Shown: positions 8,328-16,991, counted from the stretch's first letter. The stretch: 32,000 nt of DNA from Mycolicibacterium smegmatis (GCF_001457595.1 NZ_LN831039.1:5970001-6002000); one strand, 5' to 3'. Numbers and translations are program-made. Notes: generated by a model not told the origin, from the sequence alone.

Positions 8328-9881
8328 ATGCCCGCTCCGTCCGCCGCCGACTTCGCTCGCCTGCGCAGCCTCGTCGCCATCGAAGACCTCGACGCACGCC
8401 AGTCGCGCCCGATCGAGGAGGTGTTCACGGGCCGTGAACTGACCACGATCCCCGTCGGCACGGCCGAGGACGTCGCCGCCGCGTTCGCCAAGGCGCGCGC
8501 CGCGCAGCGGGGCTGGGCGCACCGGCCCGTGGCCGAACGCGCCGCGATCATGGAACGCTTCCGCGACCTCGTCGCCAAGAACCGCGACTTCCTCATGGAC
8601 GTGGCACAGGCCGAGACCGGAAAGGCCCGCTCGGCGGCGCAGGAAGAGATCGTCGACATGATGCTCAACGCGCGCTACTACGCGCGTCAGGCCGTCAAAC
8701 TCCTTGCGCCCAAACGTGTCCAGGGCCTGCTGCCGGGTGTGGTGAAAACGGTCGTCAACCATCACCCCAAGGGCGTCGTCGGCGTGATCTCGCCGTGGAA
8801 CTACCCGATGGCGCTGTCGATCTCCGATTCGATCCCCGCGCTGCTCGCAGGCAACGCTGTGGTGGTCAAACCCGACAGCCAGACGCCCTACTGCACGCTG
8901 GCCAACGCCGAACTGCTCTACGAGGCCGGTCTGCCACGGGATCTGTTCGCGGTCGTGCCCGGCCCCGGTTCGGTGGTGGGCACCGCGATCGTCGAGAACT
9001 GCGACTACCTGATGTTCACGGGTTCCACGGCCACGGGACGCACGCTCGCCGAGCAGTGCGGGCGCAGGCTCATCGGGTTCTCGGCCGAACTCGGCGGCAA
9101 GAACCCGATGATCGTGACCAAGGGCGCCAAGCTCGACGTGGCGGCCAAGGCCGCGACGCGGGCGTGCTTCTCCAACGCCGGCCAGTTGTGCATCTCGATC
9201 GAACGCATCTACGTCGAACGTGCGGTCGCCGACGAGTTCACCGCCAAGTTCGGCGAACAGGTCCGCAGCATGAGGCTCGCCGCGACCTACGACTTCACCG
9301 CCGACATGGGCAGCCTGATCTCCGAGGACCAGATCAAGACCGTCTCGGGTCACGTCGACGACGCGAAAGCCAAGGGCGCCACCGTGATCGCGGGTGGCAA
9401 CATCCGGCCCGACATCGGCCCGCGGTTCTACGAGCCCACCGTGCTCACCGGCGTCACCGACGAGATGGAGTGCGCACGCAACGAGACGTTCGGCCCCGTG
9501 GTCTCGATCTATCCCGTCGAATCCGTCGCCGAGGCCATCGAGAAGGCCAACGACACCGAGTACGGGCTCAACGCCAGCGTGTGGGCCGGCAGCAAGGCCG
9601 AGGGTGAGGCCATCGCAGCGCAACTGCAGGCCGGCACCGTCAACGTCGACGAGGGCTACGCCCTGGCGTTCGGCAGCACGGCGGCACCGATGGGCGGCAT
9701 GAAGGCCTCCGGTGTGGGCCGCCGGCACGGGGCCGACGGCATCCTCAAATACACCGAATCCCAGACCGTCGCCACCGCGCGTGTGCTCAATCTCGATCCG
9801 CCGCTGGGCATCTCGGGCACGCTGTGGCAGAAGGCGATGACGCCCATGATCCGGGCCGTCCAGAAACTGCCCGGCCGCTAG
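8328..9881 (+). CDS. gabD2: NAD(P)-dependent aldehyde dehydrogenase, succinate-semialdehyde dehydrogenase GabD2-like
   Basis: ORF 8328..9881, 517 aa (MPAPSAADFARLRSLVAIEDL...). ALDH motifs ELGGKNP and FSNAGQLCISIERIYV (catalytic Cys). GGGAGGG SD at 8315-8321, and a TATGTT -10-like hexamer at 8281-8286. Confidence 0.8.
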   Translation: MPAPSAADFARLRSLVAIEDLDARQSRPIEEVFTGRELTTIPVGTAEDVAAAFAKARAAQRGWAHRPVAERAAIMERFRDLVAKNRDFLMDVAQAETGKARSAAQEEIVDMMLNARYYARQAVKLLAPKRVQGLLPGVVKTVVNHHPKGVVGVISPWNYPMALSISDSIPALLAGNAVVVKPDSQTPYCTLANAELLYEAGLPRDLFAVVPGPGSVVGTAIVENCDYLMFTGSTATGRTLAEQCGRRLIGFSAELGGKNPMIVTKGAKLDVAAKAATRACFSNAGQLCISIERIYVERAVADEFTAKFGEQVRSMRLAATYDFTADMGSLISEDQIKTVSGHVDDAKAKGATVIAGGNIRPDIGPRFYEPTVLTGVTDEMECARNETFGPVVSIYPVESVAEAIEKANDTEYGLNASVWAGSKAEGEAIAAQLQAGTVNVDEGYALAFGSTAAPMGGMKASGVGRRHGADGILKYTESQTVATARVLNLDPPLGISGTLWQKAMTPMIRAVQKLPGR

Positions 9882-9884
9882 AGG

Positions 9885-11006
9885 TCAGGCGTCGCGGACC
9901 GTGTCGAGCCGGTTGGTGGCCTTCTCGAAGCCCTCGACCAGTTCGGCGATGATGTCGGCCACGGGACGGATCTGGTTCATGCGCCCCACGATCTGGCCCA
10001 CCGGCATGGCCACGGTGTCGGGGTTGTCCGACCCGTTCATGCGCTGGTGTGCCTCGCTGACCAGGATGTTCTGCAGCGGCATGGGCAGCGGCTCGGGCGC
10101 GTCGGGCGCATCCCAGGCATCGGTCCACTTGGTCTTGAGCAGGCGCGCAGGCTTGCCGGTGTAGATCTTGCGGCGCACGGTGTCGGCCGTGCCCGCGCGC
10201 AGCAGCGCCTCCTGGATCGTCGAGACGCCACTGGGCTTGCGATGCCCGAGGTCGTATTCGGCCGAGGTCAAGAACGCCGATCCCATCCAGACGCCGGACG
10301 CGCCGAGGGCGAGCGCCGCCGCGACCTGGCGACCCGTGCCGATGCCGCCCGCGGCCAGCACAGGGGCCTTACCGTCCAGTGCGTCAACAATTTCCGGCCA
10401 GAGCACCATGGAGCCGATCTCGCCGGTGTGCCCACCGGCCTCGTGGCCCTGTGCGACGACGATGTCGACGCCGTTCTCGACGTGGCGCAGCGCGTGCTTG
10501 GCGCTGCCGGCCAGCGCGGCGACCGGGACACCCGCGGCGTGCGCCTGGTCGATGACGTCCTTGGGCGGTGAGCCCAGCGCGTTGGCGATCAGCTTGATCG
10601 GGTGCTTGAGCGCGACCTCGACGTGGCTGCGGGCCACCGAGTGCAGCCAGCCCAGCACGCCCTCGTTGCGCTCGCCGTCCTCGGGCAGCGGCGGAACACC
10701 CAGATCGGCAAGGGTTTTCGCGACGAAGTCGCGGTGCCCCTGCGGGATCAGCTTGTTGATGTCGACGGCCGTGCCCTCGGTGGGCACCTTGGCCGGCATC
10801 ACGACGTCGACGCCGTACGGCTTGCCGTCGGTGTTGGCGTCCATCCACTGCAGGACGTCCTCGAGGTCGTCGGCGTCGTTGAACCGCACGCAGCCCAGCA
10901 CACCGAGACCGCCGGCCTTGCTCACCGCGGCGGCGACCTTCTCCGACGGGGTGAAGACGAAGATCGGGTACTCGATCCCGAACCGTTCACAGAGTTCAGT
11001 TTTCAT
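9885..11006 (-). CDS. Nitronate monooxygenase / 2-nitropropane dioxygenase-like FMN oxidoreductase
   Basis: ORF 9885..11006 (MKTELCERFGIEYPIFVFTPSEKVAAAVSKAGGLGVLGC...GHEAGGHTGEIGSMVLWPEIV). NMO family signature. Starts 10 nt downstream of the fadD19 stop, so probably co-transcribed. Confidence 0.85.
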   Translation of the reverse strand: MKTELCERFGIEYPIFVFTPSEKVAAAVSKAGGLGVLGCVRFNDADDLEDVLQWMDANTDGKPYGVDVVMPAKVPTEGTAVDINKLIPQGHRDFVAKTLADLGVPPLPEDGERNEGVLGWLHSVARSHVEVALKHPIKLIANALGSPPKDVIDQAHAAGVPVAALAGSAKHALRHVENGVDIVVAQGHEAGGHTGEIGSMVLWPEIVDALDGKAPVLAAGGIGTGRQVAAALALGASGVWMGSAFLTSAEYDLGHRKPSGVSTIQEALLRAGTADTVRRKIYTGKPARLLKTKWTDAWDAPDAPEPLPMPLQNILVSEAHQRMNGSDNPDTVAMPVGQIVGRMNQIRPVADIIAELVEGFEKATNRLDTVRDA

Positions 11007-11016
11007 TCTTCATCCC

Positions 11017-12672
11017 TCACTTGGCATTCGCGGCGACATGATTGGCGTGCACCTCGTCGGCCGGGCGTTCCTCGGTGACGTCCTTGGCCCACCGGTAGTC
11101 GGGCTTGCCCGCCGGGGACCGCTTGATCTCGTCGACCAGCCAGAGGCTGCGCGGCACTTTGTATCCCGCGATCTCGGTGCGCACGTGGGCGTCGAGTTCG
11201 GCCAGCGTCGGCCGGGTCCCCTCACGCGGATGGACGACGGCGGCGACGTGCTGACCGAAACGTGGATCGGGCACACCGACGACGAGCGCGTCGAACACGT
11301 CGGGATGGCCCTTGAGCGCGGCCTCGACCTCTTCGGGATAGATCTTCTCGCCGCCGGAGTTGATGGACACCGACCCGCGGCCCAGCATGGTCACCGAGCC
11401 GTCGGCCTCGACCTCGGCGTAGTCACCCGGGATCGCGTACCGCACACCGTTGATCGTCTTGAACGTCTCGGCCGTCTTCTTCTCGTCCTTGTAGTAGCAC
11501 AGCGGGATGTGGCCGCGTTTGGCGATCACCCCGCGCACCCCCGAGCCGGGCTTGACCTCGTTGCCGTCGTCGTCGAGCACCACGGTGTTCTTGTCGATGG
11601 TCACGCGCGGACCGCCGGTGTGCGACTGGCCTTTCGCGACGATGCTGGTGCCGCCGAAACCGGTCTCCGACGAGCCGATCGAATCGGTGATGACGCGGTT
11701 GGGCAGCAGTTCGAGGAACTTCTCCTTGAGGCTCGTCGAGAACAGCGCCGCGGTGCTGGCCAACAGGAACAGGCTCGACAGGTCGTATTCCTTGCCCGCA
11801 TCCTTGGCGGCGAGCAGCGAGTCCAGCAGCGGCCGCGCCATCGCGTCGCCGGTGAAGAACAACAGGTTGACCTTGTGGTCGTGGATGGCCTGCCACACCT
11901 CGTCGGGGCTGAATTCCGGTGTGAGAAGCACGGTTCCGCCCGCGAACAGGGCCATCCACGTCGCCGACTGCGTCGCCCCGTGGATCATCGGCGGGATCGG
12001 GTAGCGCACCATCGGCGGGTTCGCGGCGGCCTGCTTGGCCAGCCCGTACTCGTCCTCGATGGGCTCGCCCGTGGCGAAGTCGGTGCCGCCGAACAAAACG
12101 CGGTAGATGTCCTCGTGGCGCCACATCACGCCCTTGGGGAAACCGGTCGTGCCGCCCGTGTAGAGCAGGTAGATGTCGTCCTCGCTGCGCGGGCCGAAGT
12201 CGCGCTCAGGCGAACTCTTCTCGAGTGCCGAGTAGAACTCGACCCCGCCGAACCGCTCGTAGTCGTCGTCGGACCCGTCCTCGACGACCAGGATCGTCTT
12301 GATGTCCGGCGTCTCCGGCAGCACGTTGGCGACACGGTCGGAGTAGCGGCGCTCGTGCACCAGCGCGACCATGTCGGAGTTCTCGAAGAGGTACTTGAGC
12401 TCCCCCTCGACGTAACGGAAGTTGACGTTGACCAGGATCGCGCCCGCCTTGACGATGCCCAGCATCGCGATGACGATCTCGATGCGGTTGCGGCAGTACA
12501 GGCCGACCTTGTCGTCCTTCTTGACGCCCTGGTCGATCAGGTAGTGCGCGAAGCGATTGGCTTTCTCCTCCAACTGCCCGTAGGTCAGCTGTTCGCCGCC
12601 GGAGATCAACGCGACACGGTCAGGCACAGCGTCGATGGCGTGCTCGGCAAGATCCGCAATGTTCAGAGCCAC
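11017..12672 (-). CDS. fadD19: Steroid-CoA (3-oxocholest-4-en-26-oate) ligase
   Basis: ORF 11017..12672, 551 aa (MALNIADLAEHAIDAVPDRVALISGGEQLTYGQLEEKANRF...). Close to the remembered Rv3515c sequence. AMP-binding motif YTGGTTGFPKGV. Confidence 0.92.
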   Translation of the reverse strand: MALNIADLAEHAIDAVPDRVALISGGEQLTYGQLEEKANRFAHYLIDQGVKKDDKVGLYCRNRIEIVIAMLGIVKAGAILVNVNFRYVEGELKYLFENSDMVALVHERRYSDRVANVLPETPDIKTILVVEDGSDDDYERFGGVEFYSALEKSSPERDFGPRSEDDIYLLYTGGTTGFPKGVMWRHEDIYRVLFGGTDFATGEPIEDEYGLAKQAAANPPMVRYPIPPMIHGATQSATWMALFAGGTVLLTPEFSPDEVWQAIHDHKVNLLFFTGDAMARPLLDSLLAAKDAGKEYDLSSLFLLASTAALFSTSLKEKFLELLPNRVITDSIGSSETGFGGTSIVAKGQSHTGGPRVTIDKNTVVLDDDGNEVKPGSGVRGVIAKRGHIPLCYYKDEKKTAETFKTINGVRYAIPGDYAEVEADGSVTMLGRGSVSINSGGEKIYPEEVEAALKGHPDVFDALVVGVPDPRFGQHVAAVVHPREGTRPTLAELDAHVRTEIAGYKVPRSLWLVDEIKRSPAGKPDYRWAKDVTEERPADEVHANHVAANAK

Positions 12673-12682
12673 GACCCTAAAC

Positions 12683-12696
12683 TAGAACGTGTTACA
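12683..12696. promoter_or_regulatory. KstR operator, TAGAACGTGTTACA
   Basis: Identical 14-mer to the site at 732..745. Lies in the divergent fadD19/echA19 intergenic region. Confidence 0.8.
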
Positions 12697-12740
12697 TTTC
12701 GAGACAAGTCTGGGGTTACCGAGCATGGAGGCGAATACCC

Positions 12741-13541
12741 GTGAGTGAGACCGGCAAGGGGCCTGACGCCCTCGTTGAGCAGCGCGGACACACCCTCATC
12801 GTCACGTTGAACCGTCCTGAGGCGCGCAACGCTCTCTCGGGCGAGATGCTCTCGATCATGGTCGAAGCATGGGACCGGGTCGACAACGATCCGGAGATCC
12901 GCACCTGCATCCTGACCGGCGCCGGCGGCTACTTCTGCTCGGGCATGGACCTCAAGGGCGCGGACAAGAAGCCGCCGGGTGACTCGTTCAAGGACGGCAG
13001 CTACGACCCGTCGAAGATTCCCGGCCTGCTCAAGGGCCGCCGCCTGACCAAGCCGCTGATCGCCGCGGTCGAGGGTCCCGCCATCGCGGGCGGCACCGAG
13101 ATCCTGCAGGGCACCGACATCCGCGTGGCCGGTGAGAGCGCCAAGTTCGGGATCTCCGAGGCCAAGTGGAGCCTGTACCCGATGGGCGGTTCGGCCGTGC
13201 GCCTGGTGCGCCAGATCCCCTACACCATCGCGTGCGACATGCTGCTCACCGGTCGCCACATCACCGCGGCCGAGGCCAAGGAGTACGGCCTGATCGGGTA
13301 CGTCGTTCCCGACGGCACCGCGCTGGACAAGGCGCTGGAGATCGCCGAGACCATCAACAACAACGGTCCGCTCGCCGTGCAGGCGATCCTCAAGACCATC
13401 CGTGAGACCGAGGGCATGCACGAGGACGAGGCGTTCGGCCCCGACACCCGCAACGGCATCCCGGTGTTCCTGTCCGAGGACGCCAAGGAGGGGCCGCGTG
13501 CGTTCAAGGAGAAGCGCGCACCGAACTTCCAGATGAAGTAG
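12741..13541 (+). CDS. echA19: Enoyl-CoA hydratase (crotonase family), steroid side chain
   Basis: ORF 12741..13541 with a GTG start and GGAGG SD 9 nt upstream. Crotonase motifs ([29 protein letters not shown]). Synteny with Rv3516. Confidence 0.9.
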
Positions 13542-13550
13542 ACGCGAACG

Positions 13551-13591
13551 CAGTTGAGGCCTGCTCGATTCGAGCAGGCCTCAACTGTTTT
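13551..13591. terminator. Strong hairpin terminator (17-bp perfect stem, followed by TTTT on the plus strand) between the convergent echA19 and Pro-rich genes
   Basis: CAGTTGAGGCCTGCTCG (13551-13567) pairs with CGAGCAGGCCTCAACTG (13571-13587), followed by tttt at 13588-13591. Confidence 0.8.
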
Positions 13592-13595
13592 CAGC

Positions 13596-13922
13596 TCAGC
13601 GCCAGTGTCCGGGCGGTCTGGGTGGCGGCGGAGGCCCCCAGAATGGCGGCGGCGGTGGTGGCGGCGGCAACCAGATCGGCGGCGGTGGCGGGGGCCGCCA
13701 GAACGGCGGTGGTGGCGGCGGGGGCGGCGGTGGCCCCCAGAACGGCGGCGGTGGCGGCGGCGGTGGCGGGAACGCCGGCACCGGCCCGAGCACACTCATC
13801 GGTGCCGAGTCGCCCGCCGGTTGGGCACCGGCCAGCGCAGCGGCGCCTGTGGCACCCGCGAAAAGCGCGCCCCCCAACAGAACTCCGCCCAACAGTCGTC
13901 GCCCCGGTAAATGTCGTGCCAT
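13596..13922 (-). CDS. Small secreted polyproline-(F/I)W repeat protein (hypothetical)
   Basis: ORF 13596..13931. I prefer the second in-frame ATG (13922, MARHLPGRRLLGG...) because the GAAGGA SD (13936->13931) is 8 nt upstream of it. Signal-peptide-like N-terminus with RR, then proline runs of 9, 10, 6, 8 and 5 separated by FWG/FWR/IWL/FWG. Confidence 0.6.
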   Translation of the reverse strand: MARHLPGRRLLGGVLLGGALFAGATGAAALAGAQPAGDSAPMSVLGPVPAFPPPPPPPPPFWGPPPPPPPPPPFWRPPPPPPIWLPPPPPPPPFWGPPPPPRPPGHWR

Positions 13923-13995
13923 GACGTACATCCTTCGGTCGTTGCGTATCCCCCCGATTTCTCGAGACTATCTAATTAGTCGGCCTAGGAGGAAC

Positions 13996-14034
13996 CTGTG
14001 AAACCCTATGCACAGCTGACGCTTAAGTTCACAC
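13996..14034. repeat. Degenerate copy of the palindromic unit (TGTGAA...CAGCTGACG...TTCACAC)
   Basis: Shares TGTGAA / GCTGACG / TTCACAC blocks with the units at 14067 and 14996. Confidence 0.4.
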
Positions 14035-14066
14035 AGCCGGCGCTCATGGGTCCCACCGTTCCCGAA

Positions 14067-14116
14067 TGTGAATCCACAGCGAATCTTTCGCCGATTTTTC
14101 GCTGACGTTTCACACT
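14067..14116. repeat. 50-nt palindromic unit, copy 1 (aTGTGAAtccaCAGCGAA...TTCGCTGacgtTTCACAc)
   Basis: Internally self-complementary. Its last 25 nt (14092-14116) are the perfect reverse complement of 14996-15020. Confidence 0.75.
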
Positions 14117-14152
14117 CGAGGAGTTGTCGGTGCCTTACGGCACACTCCCCAC

Positions 14153-15001
14153 ATGGGGGATCCAGTCATCGGCACCGAAGCCATCGCCGCGGGCATCGCG
14201 ACGCCCTATCAGCTCCGTAGCCGGTACTGGCCGGTGTACCCGGGCATCTACGTACCGAAGGACACCCAACCCACGGCAGCGCTGCGGGCAAAGGCCGCGT
14301 GGTTGTGGTCGGATCGGCGCGCGGTGCTGGCGGGTCGTTCGGCGTCGGCGCTGCACCGTTCGAAGTGGCTCGATCCACGTGCACCCGCCGAACTGATCCA
14401 CGACAACCGCCGTCCACCATGTGGGATAAAGACGTGGCTGGATCGATTCGAGGACGACGAGATCACCGTCGTCGACGGGATGCGCGTGACGACGCCGGCG
14501 CGCACGGCGCTGGACCTGGCCTGCCGGTACCCGCTCGATACCGCCGTGACGCTGATCGACGCGCTCGCCAACGCCACCCGGCTCAAGATGGCCGACGTCG
14601 AACTGCTCGTGGACCGGTATCGGGGCCGGCGAGGCATCAAGAACGCACGCCACGTGCTCGACCTGGTCGATGGCGGCGCCGAGTCACCCCGCGAGACGTG
14701 GCTGCGGTTGGAGGTGATCCGCGGCGGCTTCCCGCGTCCACAGACCCAGATCCCGGTTCACGACGAATACGGGGTGCTGGTCGGGGTTTTCGACATGGGC
14801 TGGGAGGACGCCATGGTCGGCCTCGACTACGAGGGCGACCAGCACCGGACCGACCGGCGACGGTTCAACCGCGACATCCACAAGTCCGAGGACGTCAGAC
14901 GGTTGGGCTGGACCCACATCCGGGTGACCGCTCAGGACGGCGAAGCCGACATCCTCAAGCGCATCGAGGCGGCAGGTGTTCCGCGCGGTCCGCGAGTGTG
15001 A
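14153..15001 (+). CDS. AbiEi_4-like N-terminal domain plus DUF559 (Vsr/restriction-endonuclease-like fold) C-terminal domain protein
   Basis: ORF 14153..15001, 282 aa. N-terminus GTEAIAAGIATPYQLRSRYWPVYPGIYV. C-terminus ESPRETWLRLEVIRGGFPRPQTQIPV...FDMGWEDAMVGLDYEGDQHRTDRRRFNRD. This family is multi-copy in actinobacteria. The position corresponds to Rv3517 (279 aa, from memory), but orthology was not verified. Confidence 0.75.
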   Translation: MGDPVIGTEAIAAGIATPYQLRSRYWPVYPGIYVPKDTQPTAALRAKAAWLWSDRRAVLAGRSASALHRSKWLDPRAPAELIHDNRRPPCGIKTWLDRFEDDEITVVDGMRVTTPARTALDLACRYPLDTAVTLIDALANATRLKMADVELLVDRYRGRRGIKNARHVLDLVDGGAESPRETWLRLEVIRGGFPRPQTQIPVHDEYGVLVGVFDMGWEDAMVGLDYEGDQHRTDRRRFNRDIHKSEDVRRLGWTHIRVTAQDGEADILKRIEAAGVPRGPRV

Positions 15002-15045
15002 AACGTCAGCGAAAAATCGGGCGAGAATTCGCTGAGGTTTCACAC
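14996..15045. repeat. 50-nt palindromic unit, copy 2 (inverted relative to copy 1), overlapping the stop codon of the DUF559 gene
   Basis: gTGTGAAacgtCAGCGAAaaatcgggcgagaaTTCGCTGaggtTTCACAc. About 41/50 identical to the reverse complement of copy 1, and the first 25 nt are identical. Confidence 0.75.
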
Positions 15046-15072
15046 TCGCGGGCCTGAGACCAGCGGCGAGAC

Positions 15073-16278
15073 CTACGCCAGCACAGGCGCACTCGGTGTG
15101 AACACCACGGGCATCGACTCTGGTCCGCTGACGAAGTTGGCGGGCCGCAACGGCACCGGGGCGTCGTCGGCGAGACGCAGGTCGGGCAGTCTGCGGAGCA
15201 CACGCTCGGTCATGAGCCTGAGCTCGAGGCGCGCCAGCTGATTGCCCAGGCAGAAGTGGGTGCCGAAGCCGAAGGCCACGTGGCTGTTGGGATTTCGGTC
15301 GATGCGGAAGTTGTCCGGATCGCCGAAGACGGACTCGTCGAAGTTGGCCGACTCGAACATCAGCATGATCTTCTCGCCCGCACGCAGCTCGGTGCCGTGG
15401 AACACCGTGTCGGCGGTCAGGGTCCGGCACATGTTCTTCACCGGTGAGGTCCACCGCAGCATCTCCTCGATCGCCCCGGGCAGCAGATCGACGTCGGCGA
15501 CCAGCGCATCCCACTGATCCCGGTGGCGCAGAAGCTGTTCGGTGCCGCCCGACAGCGTGTGCCGGGTGGTCTCGTCGCCGCCGATGAGGATCAGCAGCGT
15601 CTCGAAGACGATCTCGTCGTCACTCATGCGCTGACCCTCGACCTCGGAGTTGACCAGCACCGAGAAGAGGTCGTCGGTGGGCTCGGCGCGGCGCTTGGTG
15701 ATGACGTCCTTGGTGAACTCGGTGTACGCCGCGAAGGTGTCCATGAGTTTCTGGATCGCCGCTTCGTCGACGTGCGACGAGAGCCCGCACACCAGGTCGT
15801 CGGACCACTTCAGCAGCATGTCCCGCTCGGTGGGCAGCACCCCGAGCATGTCGCCGATCACCGCCATGGGCAGCGGTGCGGCGATGTCGCGCACGAAGTC
15901 GCACTCGCCGCGTTCGCACACCGCGTCGATCAGGGTGTCGCACAACCGGCCGATGGAATCCACCTTGTCCATGACGCGCTTGCGGGTGAAGCCGGCGTTG
16001 ACGAGCTTGCGCCGCAACAGATGTTGCGGGTCGTCCATGTCGATCATGTAGGGCATGCCCGGCTGATCGGGCCGGATGCCGCCGGTCGACGAGAACAGTT
16101 CGGGGTTGCGTTCGGCGTCGAGCACGGCCTGATACGTCGTCGCGGCCGCGAGCCCGTTGCGGTCACGGAACACCGGTTCGTTGGCCCGCATCCAGCGGTA
16201 GGCCTCGCGCGCCCCGCCGTCGGCGTAGAACATGCCGTTGGCCAGGTCCACGTCGGGCCTGGTGAGCATCTGCGTCAT
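15073..16278 (-). CDS. cyp142: Cytochrome P450, steroid C26-monooxygenase CYP142
   Basis: ORF 15073..16278, 401 aa. Heme-Cys loop FGFGTHFCLG and ETLLILIGGDETT I-helix. Synteny with Rv3518c. ATGA start/stop overlap with the upstream gene. Confidence 0.92.
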   Translation of the reverse strand: MTQMLTRPDVDLANGMFYADGGAREAYRWMRANEPVFRDRNGLAAATTYQAVLDAERNPELFSSTGGIRPDQPGMPYMIDMDDPQHLLRRKLVNAGFTRKRVMDKVDSIGRLCDTLIDAVCERGECDFVRDIAAPLPMAVIGDMLGVLPTERDMLLKWSDDLVCGLSSHVDEAAIQKLMDTFAAYTEFTKDVITKRRAEPTDDLFSVLVNSEVEGQRMSDDEIVFETLLILIGGDETTRHTLSGGTEQLLRHRDQWDALVADVDLLPGAIEEMLRWTSPVKNMCRTLTADTVFHGTELRAGEKIMLMFESANFDESVFGDPDNFRIDRNPNSHVAFGFGTHFCLGNQLARLELRLMTERVLRRLPDLRLADDAPVPLRPANFVSGPESMPVVFTPSAPVLA

Positions 16279-16991
16279 GAGATCACCTCAGCCTCACCGA
16301 AAGTCATCTGCACGTTGGCCGCCGAACTCGACACGAGCGCCCGCTTCGGCAGCCCCAGCGATGCCAGTTCGGCCGCGTAGGGGTGATCGCCGAGCCGCAG
16401 GCGCACGCCCCCGAACCGGTAGCGCACGCCCGACAAACGCATCTGGCCTTCGGTCCGGCGCGTGACGCCGTCGAGGTGCGAGTAGGTGGGATGCACCTGC
16501 GGACGCGACGTGAACACCGGCGGAACCGGGATGCCCGGCCGGAACTCCATGCCGACGGCGAACTTTCCGCCGATGCTGACGTCGAACCCGAACTGCCTGG
16601 CCTCACGAACGGTGAAGTCCGCCATGACCTTCGGGTAGCCCCAGATCGTGCGGCCGGCCTCCAGCGTGAAGGACTGGTCTACCGGCAGGTGGTGGATGTA
16701 CGCGCCCGCCGACTGCAGTGCGCGAAGGCCGGTCGCGGTCGACCCCGGCGGGTTCACCATGACGTTGGTGCCGTACTCGAGGTACTCGCCGAGATCGCCG
16801 TCGACGTAGCGCATCAGCATGAGGATGACCATCGCGCGCCCCGGCCGGTAGCGGCACACCTGCAATCCGCTGTGGTCGATCATGCGCTGGGCGGCGTCGG
16901 CATCCACCGAGAACATCGCCATGTGCTGGTCTGCGGTGCGGATACGCACCGGCATGGTCACCGTGTTGCCGGCGATGGTGTGCTGCGTCAC
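16275..16991 (-). CDS. Conserved hypothetical protein, Rv3519-like (possibly acetoacetate-decarboxylase-like fold)
   Basis: ORF 16275..16991, 238 aa. Its stop overlaps the cyp142 start (ATGA at 16275-16278). A KstR operator lies 12 nt upstream. Confidence 0.8.
   Translation of the reverse strand: MTQHTIAGNTVTMPVRIRTADQHMAMFSVDADAAQRMIDHSGLQVCRYRPGRAMVILMLMRYVDGDLGEYLEYGTNVMVNPPGSTATGLRALQSAGAYIHHLPVDQSFTLEAGRTIWGYPKVMADFTVREARQFGFDVSIGGKFAVGMEFRPGIPVPPVFTSRPQVHPTYSHLDGVTRRTEGQMRLSGVRYRFGGVRLRLGDHPYAAELASLGLPKRALVSSSAANVQMTFGEAEVIS

Noticed and set aside
8318-8334. GGTCAGACATG next to the gabD2 start resembles GGTTAGACAT at the other IS junction (6713-6722); possible target-site duplication or IS end at 8320
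   Set aside because: It would put the gabD2 SD and the TATGTT -10 inside the IS and leave almost no native intergenic region. The guide-type matches (CCTAATGG / CCGCCT) place the end at about 8212 instead. IS110 elements duplicate only the short core. The resemblance is probably coincidental, though it is not excluded.
13611-13769. Short periodic repeats that could be mistaken for a CRISPR-like or minisatellite array
   Set aside because: The repeats are imperfect, have no unique spacers, and lie within a coding frame (polyproline codons) that has an SD, a signal peptide and a terminator. No cas genes are present in the window.
14068-14115. TGTGAA ... TTCACA arms look like CRP/FNR-type half sites (TGTGA-N6-TCACA)
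   Set aside because: The half sites are about 36 nt apart, not 6, so they cannot be a single CRP dimer site. They are better explained as the arms of a palindromic repeat unit.
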